From Octopus sinensis (taxonomy: Eukaryota): a DNA stretch of 64,000 nt. A model generated the notes under the pieces. The model ran no database searches. It saw only the letters and a list, made by a program, of their open reading frames with translations, and had not been told where the DNA came from. Location of the stretch: contig NC_043008.1 of assembly GCF_006345805.1 (NCBI RefSeq), positions 71,114,001-71,178,000 of the forward strand, written 5' to 3'. Shown here one piece after another: positions 44,314 to 56,071 of this stretch. The position numbers and the translations under genes are program-made. Positions within the stretch are counted from its first letter, which is position 1. Each line of letters starts with the position of its first letter.

Positions 44314-44719
44314 CACACATATATATATATATATATGGAAAAGAGTAATTTCGATTATCCCCACGTGGTAAGTTGTAATGTATATCAGAAATTAAAAAAG
44401 GAAAATACGCACACTTACATAGTTTTAATATCATTTTTAATATATCGACCGGTTTTGCTGTCGCTATTAAAGATATTATGTTTTACTTATTTGAATATAT
44501 ATTTTTTCTTAAGAAATTTGGTCCATGTTGTGTGTGATGAAATTCACGAGTGAAAAAAGATAAAAGTTGATTATGGGTGCATATTAAGACGTGTTTTGTA
44601 TTTTTCAATGAAAAATTTTCTTTATTTAAACGTTCTAGTTGAGAGATTGCGTCTTTGCACTGGTAGAAAGAGAAGAGTGTGAAATTTGGTTTGATGTTAC
44701 CTGCACATTGTTCTCCATT

Positions 44720-46165
44720 AGGGATTATTTAGACATGTTAGAACACCTACCAAAAACGATTAATGAAGAGGCAATATTGGTTACCCTTAATGTTATCAAT
44801 CTTTACACCAACATCCCCCATGACTATGGAATAAAAGCAATTAAATTGTGGTTGGAAAATTACCCCGAAGTACTCCTGGAACGCATAAACAAGGTCTTTA
44901 TTATTGAATCCTTAAAATTTATACTTCAGAAGAATTATTTCCTTATTGATGACACATACTATCGTCAGAAATGCGGAATTGCGATGGGGACGAAAGCAGC
45001 TTCTGTCCTTGCGAACCTAATAATGGGTTATTTTGAATTCACCTTATATGAAGTATCACTTCAGAAATATGGTTACCCATTTTACCTCTACATAAGAGAA
45101 AATTGGAAGCAATATCTGGATGACCGCTTTATCATCTGGAAGGAGAACATCGACAAACTTATGGATTTCAAAACAACACTAACATAAATAGTAACATTCA
45201 ATTGACAATGGAATATAACAAAGAACAACTTCCATGTTTAGACATCATGATAAAAAAAGTTAATGAAATCATAACTGACATTTATTATAAATCAACTTAT
45301 TTAAAACAATATCTTCTTTTAACTCATGCTACCCGAAACACATAAAAATAAACATCCCTTTCAACTTAGCAAGAAGGATCTGCACAATAGCGTCTGATAG
45401 AACAACTCGAGACCTTCGTCTTCAAGACCTCAAAACAACACTTATTGAAAGACAATATTCATCCTCTCTTATCGACGAGGGAATTAAACGTGCCAAACAA
45501 TTAGACACAAAAGCACTAAAAACAAAAAAACATAGCACCACAGCTCAAACCAAAACATTACTATTATATCAACATACAACCTCAGAAACCGTGAGGCGTT
45601 CAACACTATTGTGCAAACTCTTCCTTTACTAACTGGTGATCCAAAAATGAACGACATCCTGAAAACACACAAACTCATCAAATGCAAAAGACAAGACAAA
45701 TCGCTAAAGAGACTACTAACAAATGTGAAGCTTTACACAACAACCACGAAACCAACGGTTGAAAAATGTGGACGCCCAAACTGTGGAATCTGCCTCATCA
45801 TGCTTGGAGGCTCAGATTTTCTTTTCAAACAAGTACAGAGGTTCACAATTAAGAACTAGTTTAACCTGTGCCTCTGAGAAACTAATTTATGTAATAACCT
45901 GCTCGGGTTGCGGACACCACTATATTAGACAAACGAGTATGACAATGAGAAAGAGAACCACTCTACATAAGGAGCAAATCGTTTCCCGCAATACAGACAA
46001 ATTCCTCTCAGGGAACATATAGAAAAATGTGCAGGTAAAATAAAACCAAATTTCACAGTCTTCGCTTTCTACCAGTGCAAAGGCGCAATCTCTCAACTAG
46101 AGCGTTTAAATAAAGAAACCTTTTTCATTGAAAAATACAAAACACGTCTTAATATGCACTCATAA
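44720..46165 (+). pseudogene. Disrupted Penelope-type reverse transcriptase / GIY-YIG endonuclease
   Basis: ORF pieces 44639-45187, 45611-45859 and 45759-46022 are separated by stops and frameshifts. Motifs as above. Confidence 0.85.
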
Positions 46166-46455
46166 CCAACTTTTATCTTTTTACACATTTCAATTCACGA
46201 TTACATCACTGTACGTAAATCCCCTACTAAACAAGGTTTTTGAAACTGGTCTCTGTCTGTACACATATATAATCCCCGACCATTACCGAAAGTTGAACAG
46301 TTATCTCCCTTACACACAGCAATAACAATAATAACGACAACCAATTACCTCCCTTTATTTATCTACTTATGAAGTCATTTACTCGTGAATTTCATCGCAC
46401 ACAACATGGACCAAATTTCTTAAGAAAAAATATATATTCAAATAAGTAAAACATA

Positions 46456-46490
46456 ATATCATGAATAGCGACAGCGAAACCGGTCGATAT
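46456..46490 (+). ncRNA. Minimal type I hammerhead-like motif in Penelope 3' repeat (A3:U8 variant core)
   Basis: AUAUC-AUGAAUA-GC GACA GC-GAAA-CCGG-UC-GAUAU. Perfect 5-bp stem I, palindromic ACCGGU stem III, GUC site. Core reads AUGAAUA instead of CUGANGA. Confidence 0.6.
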
Positions 46491-46543
46491 ATTAAAAATG
46501 ATATTAAAACTATGTAAGTGTGCGTATTTTCCTTTTTTAATTT

Positions 46544-46579
<36 letters not shown>

Positions 46580-46624
46580 TATGTATATAGATCGATAGAT
46601 AGATAGATAGATAGATAGATATAC

Positions 46625-47230
46625 ATACATAAGACGGGATTATGTCAGTTTTCGCCGACCAAATCCGCCAAATGTTTTGGTCGGCCCGAGGCTATAGTAG
46701 AAGACAATTGTCCAAGGTGCCATGCAGTGGGAGTGAACCTGGAACCATGTGGTGCGGAAGTAAGCTTCTTATCACACGGCCACGTCTGCAAGTATATGTA
46801 TATATATCTGTGTGTGTTTCTGTATCTGTGTTTGTTTGTTCCCCCGCCATCTCTTGTCAACCGATGCTGGTGTGGTTATGTCCACATAACTTAGCGGTTC
46901 GGTAAAAGTTCCCATAGAATAAGTACTAGGCTTACAAAGAATAATTATTGGGGTCGATTTCTTCGACCAAAACCCTTTAAGGCGAGATCTTATCTTTGCT
47001 TTTATCCTTTCTTTTATCGTGTACTTGTTTTAGTCAATCGACTGTGGCCATGCTGGGACACCACTTCGAATTTTGTAGTCCAAGTCATCGACCACATCAC
47101 TTATTTTTAAAGCCTGCTACTTATTCTATTGGTGCTTTTTACCGAACCACTAGATTACAGGATGCAAACATACCAGCACCGGTTGTCTAGTGGTGGGGAG
47201 GGATAAACACAGAGAGAAATACACACAGAC
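46625..47230. mobile_element. SINE family B with head inverted relative to 3' module, plus a second 3' module
   Basis: Head on - (46630-46790), 3' module on + (46800-46985), another 3' module on - (46995-47230). Confidence 0.6.
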
Positions 47231-48043
47231 AGATATGCATACACGCGCACGTATACACACACAAACACACACACACACATGCATACATACATTCATATAT
47301 AGGTATGTGTGTGTATAGATATATAATTTCCCTTTGTTTGACGCTCATTTTCATGGCATTTTTTTTGATGGCCCGATAACTTAAGAGATAACGGTGTGGT
47401 TTTCCGCCCCGACATCCGAAACTCGGAGTTTTATGATGGCTACCGTCACATATTATATTTACAGATAAATTCCTCTATGTACATAATATCGCGGTCTCTT
47501 TCACACACATACACACGCAACACATACACACACACACACACACACATTTATATTATATATATTTATATATATTTCATCAAAAATCAGAAACAAGAAGCGA
47601 ATGGTAGGTAGACATTGCAAAATATCGTTATCTCACGATGAACGGTTCTGGTTGGAGACACTTGCAATGCGATGGCAGCATATCAGATCTTACTATACCC
47701 AGATTTTCTTTACATAAGGGATATTTTTTTCTAAAGTTAGTATATATTCTATATCTGACGTTTAATAGAATATCTCATTTCTATTCATTGATTCTGTCAC
47801 TTGAAGATGAGGTTATGACATTCATCTTAAATTGACAGAATATTTCCCTGGTTGCACAGTAAACAGAAGTTTATTTCTTTATTTGAAAAACCATAATTAT
47901 TTATTATGCGCACACATATAATCATATACACACATACACAAACACACACACACTCAAACACACACTTTCTTACACCTGCATACATACACAGATATATATA
48001 TATATATATGGAGGTTAAGTTTATTCATGCATACAGACAAATG

Positions 48044-48076
<33 letters not shown>

Positions 48077-48488
48077 AATGTATATGTGTGTGTGTGTCTT
48101 TGGGTAATATATGAAATATATATATACATAATTATGTATGTATACATATGTATATATATAGATATAATTATATATATATATATAAATATATGTGATATAT
48201 ATACATATATATATATAAAAATTTAGCAATTAAGGACAACTACTTAATAAGGAAAACTTAACAAGAAATTGTCAGGTAGATAGCGTAAAAACCTCATAAG
48301 AGAAAAAATTTCCAAAAAAATTATTTCTTATTGAACATATTAATTTATATATAGAGGGCATTATACATACATGCCAGGAGGCATTGTATATACATGCCAA
48401 ACGCTAAGAGGGACAATCAGTCATTTCTACCAAAAATATTACTAATCCCACCGAATGCAATTTTTCAAAGTAAGACATTTAAAAATAT

Positions 48489-48536
48489 AGACCTGTATCA
48501 CAGTGATTTCATACTTACGTAATCATCAGCAGGCCT
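48489..48536 (-). ncRNA. Type I hammerhead ribozyme, unit 1
   Basis: RNA: AGGCCUG-CUGAUGA-UUAC GUAA GUAU-GAAA-UCACUGUGA-UA-CAGGUCU. Stem I is 7 bp (one G.U), core CUGAUGA/GAAA is intact, stem II has a GNRA loop, stem III is near-palindromic, and the AUA cleavage site lies between 48496 and 48495. Confidence 0.85.
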
Positions 48537-48967
48537 GAATGTATTATAAATAAACAACGACCCTGCCTCGCTTAAGCCGATCAGCTAACTGATCAACATC
48601 AACGAAGCACATGGGTGAGTTTATATATATTACATCCGGGTAAATGGTAAACTTTTACGAATTGCATTTCGGGAGAGGAAAAGTTTTTTCGGAATAAAAA
48701 TTTAGCAATTAAGGACAACTACTTAATAAGGAAAACTTAACAAGAAATTGTCAGGTAGATAGCGTAAAAACCTCCTAAGAGAAAAAATTTCGAAAAAAAT
48801 TATTTCTTATTGAACATATTAATTTATATATAGAGGGCATTATACATACATGCCAGGAGGCATTGTATATACATGCCAACGCTAAGAGGGACAATCAGTC
48901 ATTTCTACCAAAAAATATTACTAATCCCACCGAATGCAATTTTTCAAAGTAAGACATTTAAAAATAT

Positions 48968-49015
48968 AGACCTCTATCACAGTGATTTCATACTTACGTA
49001 ATCATCAGCAGGCCT
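48968..49015 (-). ncRNA. Type I hammerhead ribozyme, unit 2 (one stem I mismatch)
   Basis: Same motif 479 bp away. A G>C change at 48974 breaks the stem I pair next to the cleavage site. Confidence 0.75.
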
Positions 49016-49579
49016 GAATGTATTATAAATAAACAACGACCCTGCCTCGCTTAAGCCGATCAGCTAACTGATCAACATCAACGAAGCACATGGGTGAGTT
49101 TATATATATTACATCCGGGTAAATGGTAAACTTTTACGAATTGCATTTCGGGAGAGGAAAAGTTTTTTCGGAATAAAAATTTAGCAATTAAGGACAACTA
49201 CTTAATAAGGAAAACTTAACAAGAAATTGTCAGATAGATAGCGTAAAAACCTCATAAGAGAAAAAACTATGTATAATGCCCTCTATATATAAATTAATAT
49301 GTTCAATAAGAAATAATTTTTTTCGAAATTTTTTCTCTTATGAGGTTTTTACGCTATCTACCTGACAATTTCTTGTTAAGTTTTCCTTATTAAGTAGTTG
49401 TCCTTAATTGCTAAATTTTTATTCCGAAAAAACTTTTCCTCTCCCGAAATGCAATTCGTAAAAGTTTACCATTTACCCGGATGTAATATATATAAACTCA
49501 CCCATGTGCTTCGTTGATGTTGATCAGTTAGCTGATCGGCTTAAGCGAGGCAGGGTCGTTGTTTATTTATAATAGATTC

Positions 49580-49627
49580 AGGCCTGCTGATGATTACGTA
49601 AGTATGAAATCACTGTGATACAGGTCT
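49580..49627 (+). ncRNA. Type I hammerhead ribozyme, inverted unit
   Basis: AGGCCTG CTGATGA TTACGTAAGTAT GAAA TCACTGTGA TA CAGGTCT read directly on the + strand. Confidence 0.85.
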
Positions 49628-50922
49628 ATATTTTTAAATGTCTTACTTTGAAAAATTGCATTCGGTGGGATTAGTAATATTTTTGGTAGAAATGACTGAT
49701 TGTCCCTCTTAGCGTTTGGCATGTATATACAATGCCTCCTGGCATGTATGTATAATGCCCTCTATATAAAATATATATATATATATATAATATATATATA
49801 ATATATATATATATATATGCACAGTTGTAAATATATAGGATACATACATATGTATATGTATGCATATATGAGTGTGTATACATTCACACTTGTATATATG
49901 CAAATAATATTAGAAATAAATTAAGGTTACGAACAACGTAAGGACCATTGAATACTTTGTGTATTTATTTCTACATTGTAGATATTGAATCGGTTTCCTT
50001 GCTTGAAGATACTTGCCGAAAAAGGTTTCTCCAGAAGGTGCATAAAAAATCGTTTGCATTATTTCAAGCAAAGTATTTCCCAGCCTTAACTTTATTTATG
50101 ATGTCTTATACTAGATATCTCAACTGCTCAATGCACTGCCGTTTCATTGATTATGTTATTATGTACCCCTGATTATATACACACAATTAAATGTCTTGTA
50201 CCGAGGGCATTTTCGTTGGTGCTCAACACGAAATCTACCCTTAAATGTTCAACAAAAATACGTCATCACCGATCTTAGCGAAACGAAACATGTGTAAACA
50301 TTGAGTTTTGTAGCAACCTAGTGACTGAGCGTAAATGAATACCTAATTATAGTAATTGTCGAATATTTAGTGAAACGGAAGCTATTTTAGTAACGTTAGA
50401 AAGAGGTGAGACAGTGCACATATTAGGCAGAGTATTCAGTATGTATATAAGTGACACTATGCTTGTGAATCAGTTTTGGATGCAGTTTAATAGGCTTGTG
50501 AGAAGCAGTAACAATATTCTACATAGTTAAGCAATACTTATCTTGCGTCTCATACCAGCCTTACAGAATATTAATAAATACTGGTGGAGGTCGTTACAAG
50601 GGGTCACTTGTAGTGCCACAGTCCTAAGTATGATAATTGCGTGCTTCTATAAGTAGAGATCCAGCGTTCAAATATAACACAGTAACTGCAATGATTGCAA
50701 AGGTTTTAGATCTAGATGAGTGGTGTGCACGTCAGTAAGTGTGTGATGTAAAAAGATGCAACACATCCAGTAATCATAACTAGAGCTTGTGATTTGTTGC
50801 TGAGCAAAAGCAATATTGGCATAAATTTGACCTGTGGTGACTTGGATGGTACAGATGACGCATGGGACGGGAATGTACACACACCAACAGCTATCTATCT
50901 CTCTCTCTATATATATCACTAT

Positions 50923-51150
<228 letters not shown>

Positions 51151-51444
51151 GGCTGTCTGTCTCTCTAACTCTATATATCCATCTATTTCTCAAGGTTTAT
51201 ATATATCGAGCTGGCCGAAGCTTGTGCCTATAATGAAAGTTATGTCCCTTCCTGTTTATAAGAGCAAGCGTTTCAGTGTGACAACATGCTTGCTTTCGAA
51301 ATACATGATTCTAACTTCAGTGAAACTTCGAAGTAGCTTGGACAAGTCTCTCCTAAAATAATCCCGAGCTAAGAAAAAGTCTTCTGAGTGAATTTGGGCG
51401 AAGGAAACTGAAATGAGCCGTCGTATATATTATCATATGTATAT

Positions 51445-51482
<38 letters not shown>

Positions 51483-52359
51483 TTATATTTATTTATATGT
51501 ATATACGTATATACATACAAAATATGTATGCATCTATGAACAAAAAGTGCATGATTATATATATATACCTTATAAATAAGGGCAAACGAAACAATTTCTA
51601 ATGCTTTGCCCTTATTTATATAATTTCAACCTTTAAATGTATTTTTTGATATGCTAGCCATTGATAAAATTTTTCTTCGAAAAAATTTTTATCCTACATT
51701 AAATATATATATATATATATATAAATTATACAATTTTATGTAGAGATTGTTAACTGGAACAATACTCAGAAACAGGCTAGAATCAAAGTGCTCAAATTGA
51801 CCTAAGTTCCAATTTATAATTTGAATGGAGGCAATACCAGCGGAAAACAACATGACCTATTGTCCAATAGAATATTCAATATACATGTGTACTTTCTTCG
51901 ACATTAATAAATCATTATAAAGTTCTAGATAATACAATATTAAAAACATACAAGTACATAAACATATAAATATTTAATATTTAAAAATACGCAAATATTT
52001 TTAAATATAAAAAAAAATATTTAAAAATATGTAGGCATTTTAAAATATATAAATACATAAATAGATATTAAAAACTATAGATATAAAAAAAACTTCGATA
52101 TGATATAAGATAAAAAACTCGTAGGTATTTAAAAATATTTACAAATATATAAAAGTACTCATATATATAAATATACAGGCAAAAGAGAAAACATCAACAT
52201 AATATAAGATTTATTGAATTAAAAATTCACACGATAATTATTAATTCACACGATATGATACAAGATAATAAAGATTCACAAGTTACAATACAGAGTCCAG
52301 TGGAAAGTTTGAAATTATTCAACATTTAAAGGACATACTAATACACGAAGATAATGTTC

Positions 52360-52445
52360 CATCGACGGGCCGTTTCGGAGACGTGTCAGATAATATGACA
52401 TAAATTCCATATTTTAATGAAACAGACACTCCCCTCATCAGGATG
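52360..52445 (-). ncRNA. Type I hammerhead ribozyme
   Basis: CAUC-CUGAUGA-GGGGAGUGUC...GACAC(G)UCUCC-GAAA-CGGCCCG-UC-GAUG. Intact core, 10-bp bulged stem II, near-palindromic stem III, GUC site, 4-bp stem I. Confidence 0.75.
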
Positions 52446-52975
52446 CTTCACAATACGAAAGACACAATAATAGCAATATATAAAAGGACAACTTACTTAG
52501 TTACACTAGCCAATTTCAATTTTTTTGCATATATCTATATGAGCTATTATATTATATATATATTATATGAGCTATTAACAGTTTCATGTGATGTGAAACA
52601 ACTTGGACACCATTTAGTAACAGTTCTGGTGCCTTCATGCAATCCTCAAGCTTTTCCCACATGACATAACCAGCTAAAGCAGGACGAGAGAAAATAAGAG
52701 AAAATGTGAGAAATGGATGTAAAATGTGGAAGGTTGAAGGCACTAGAGAGAAAAAACATATAGAATGCGGTGAAAATAGAGTTACGTCCCCCTGATGATT
52801 GCGTAAGGGTATTAGACGTCTTATAAAATTCTGTCTACGAGTCTCCGAGTTGAATTTCGTCGCATGAATCTATTAGTAGCTTATAAGAAAATACTGAAAG
52901 ACAGTGCCCCAGTATGAGCTGGAGCCTAGCGCCTGAGAGACAGTTGCTGGAAAATTATATATATATATATATATA

Positions 52976-53079
<104 letters not shown>

Positions 53080-53540
53080 TAGAGAAAGGGAGAGAGAGAA
53101 GACAAGAGAGAGAGAGGAATGACAGTATCCACGATACACTTATACGTATACAGCATGTTCTACTTATTTATTTTAGTCAACATATGTAATATCTCAGTAA
53201 CTTCTCTATCAGATCAGACTGTCTAGAGACGGTGTACGAAATGGTATATATAATATTTATGTTCTGTTCCTGCTTGCCAATTGATTGTATCTAGAAATAT
53301 GTTGAAATATGTGCATCTGACTGACAGCGAGACAGAGAAACTGCCGAAGTTGTATAACGAAACTCTGCATAAAAATATACAGCTGAAAGCATATACGACT
53401 GCAGAATATGTATGTATATAAATTTATATATATATATATGTACAGGAAAATATAATAAATAATAAATACAAGGATAATTATATATATATCCCCATCTCTT
53501 TACCTCTCTCTCTCTCTCTCTCGAATATATTCATAAATAC

Positions 53541-53573
<33 letters not shown>

Positions 53574-53608
53574 AATAAAATATATATATATATATATATA
53601 TATATAAT

Positions 53609-53649
<41 letters not shown>

Positions 53650-53980
53650 TCCGTATATCTGTCAAGTTACATATCTACCAATCTCTTTTCCCTGAACACA
53701 TCTCTCTCTCGCTCTTTCTCTCTCTCTCCCGCGCTCTCTCGCTTTCTCTTGTATATACGCGCGCGCGTGTGTGACTGTGTGTATTCACAGACTGACACAC
53801 ACACACATATATATATGTATATGTATACATATATATAGACATATAGACAGATATATATATATGTATAGATAACTATATATGTCTATTTATATATTGGTAT
53901 ATATATATACCTATACATACCTATATATATATGTATATATATAAATATATACGTATGTATATATATATATATACATATAC

Positions 53981-54032
<52 letters not shown>

Positions 54033-54530
54033 CACCTATATACATATATACATACACACATGTATATGTATATATATGTATGTATATATATGTACATGTT
54101 CGACAACTAGTAGCAAAACCGGAAATTAAATTCGTTTCATCTGTAAAAGATACATGCAATTATTACAGATAACCATTGCAACATATTGCGTATATTAAGT
54201 GGCAGACATTCATTGTCCTTTTCATCCAGCCTCGATCTGCATTTTCTAACGCTAGACTATTTTTTCATTCTTCATTGTCAGATAATATGTCTGGGTGCGT
54301 GCATGTGTACGTGCGCGTGTATGAGTGTGTTTGTGTGCTTCTGTGTGTGCGCTCGTATGTCTTTGTGTTCGTGATTACACAGACACACACACATTAGTGT
54401 ATACATAGGCACACACAAAATTATGCAAACGCGATTACATACACGCTCCCAAGTACCCACAGACGCCTGTTGTGTGTGTGTGTGTGTTTTATATACACAT
54501 ACATATACATATATAAATTTATACACATCC

Positions 54531-54569
<39 letters not shown>

Positions 54570-54743
54570 TCTATATCATTTTTATATATTTATATATATA
54601 TATATACATAGATGTATATATATATTTATTTATTTATATATTATATACACATATAGAGATATCTATATTAGGACATATATTTATATATATATGCATATAT
54701 ATAAAAATACACACATATGTATATACATGTATGTATGTTTGTT

Positions 54744-54782
<39 letters not shown>

Positions 54783-55135
54783 GTCAGTGTGTGTATAAGT
54801 ATATGCACGTATTTATGTGTGTATGTTTTCTGATTATGCATGAAGGAATACATCTATACATTTGAGAAATCACTGATAATTCTTGTAGCTGAACAAATCC
54901 GGGCCTTGATTATAAATATCTTCCTTAACTGATCGTATATGATCGACTGGACAAGCTGTAATGCATGTTGAAATTCCACTAGTGACTTAATACTCTGCTC
55001 AACCTTTTACTCAGATACCCACTCCATACTTGCTTTGGTTAATGTCTGAAATAAATTGAATTTAAGTTTTTAATTCTTAAATTAGATTAACGGTATGGTA
55101 TCTCTTACGTTAATCCTGTCTTTAATATTTATTAA

Positions 55136-55850
55136 CTGTTTCCAGGTCTTTGTATTTTGAAAGTTTGTCCATTTCTTTTAGAGACACGTTGTCATCTTCT
55201 GGTATTGATACATCAATTAGGAAGCATTTTTTTCTTCATGATCTCTGACAACTATATCTGGCATGTTGGCCTTAATTTCTCTATCTGTGTGTATTGGCAT
55301 ATCCCAGAGTATAGTTGCTTTCTCGTTTTGGATCCCTGCTGCCAACGCCAAATCCTTTGCAATCCCAAAGTGGAAAGAAGTGGCAACTAAAACAACAAAT
55401 ACAGTTTTCTGGTGTGTGCTTATACCATCTTTTTTCTGGTGTTATTCCATAATGTTGGCATAGCTTCCAGTGTATGTAGGTCCCAACTCTGTCGTGTCTG
55501 TGAATATATTCCTTCTTAGCCAGGACTGGGCAGCCAGAGATAATATGATTTATTATTTCTTGTCCATCTCCACATGTTCTGCAGTTACTTGTTATGTTTC
55601 TTTTCATTATATATCTTTTGTAATTTCTGGTGGGGAAGCTTTGGTCTTGTGCCGCAATTAAAAATCCCTCCGTCTCTGCTTTGAGTCCTGAGCTTCTCAA
55701 CCATTGCCGGGATTTTTCTGTCTCTATTTCTTTTGCATTTAGTTTAGTTCAGTGTTTGCCATGAAGGGGGATTTCTTGCCATCATTTTATCATGGTCCGT
55801 TGCTGTTCTAGTTTTAGTTTGAATTTCATTTGTTTTATAACTTTTGTTGT
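55136..55850 (-). mobile_element. Internal fragment (CCHC + RLE) of the second R4/Dong family
   Basis: GLKAETEGFLIAAQDQ, CRTC..H..C, RHDRVG, PDIVVRD. Closely similar to 56400-57010. Confidence 0.8.
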
Positions 55851-55994
55851 TTCTTCTTCTTCTTCTTCTTCTTCTTCTTCTTCTTCTTCTTCTTCTTCTT
55901 CTTCTTCTTCTTCTTCTTCTTCTTCTTCTTCTTCTTCTTCTTCTTCGTCGTCTTCTTCTTCTTGATATTTGTTAGGTGGTATGATTTCTTCTTT

Positions 55995-56070
<76 letters not shown>

Positions 56071-56071
<1 letters not shown>

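Larger units (their letters stand above)
44387..46545 (+). mobile_element. Penelope-like retroelement (5'-truncated RT + GIY-YIG) with 5' inverted copy of its 3' end
   Basis: RT motifs VINLYTNIP, QKCGIAMG, YLDD, then KCGRPNCGIC and LIYVITCSGCGHHY (GIY-YIG). 44387-44551 is the reverse complement of 46381-46545; 44553-44714 is the reverse complement of 46021-46182. Confidence 0.85.
48216..49768 (-). mobile_element. Non-coding 479-bp tandem repeat array (2.2 direct units + 1 inverted unit) with one hammerhead ribozyme per unit; retrozyme / Penelope pLTR-like element
   Basis: Unit starts TAAAAATTTAGCAATTAAGGAC at 48216, 48695 and 49174 (period 479). At about 49267 the sequence switches to the reverse complement of the unit and runs to about 49768. 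Units differ at only a handful of positions. Flanked by (TA)-rich microsatellite on both sides. Confidence 0.85.

Noticed and set aside
48216-49266. CRISPR array or satellite
   Set aside because: Eukaryotic context, 479-bp units without spacers, and only about 3 copies with an inversion.
52785-52830. CTGATGATTGCGTAAG resembling the retrozyme HHR 5' half
   Set aside because: No GAAA or stem III downstream.
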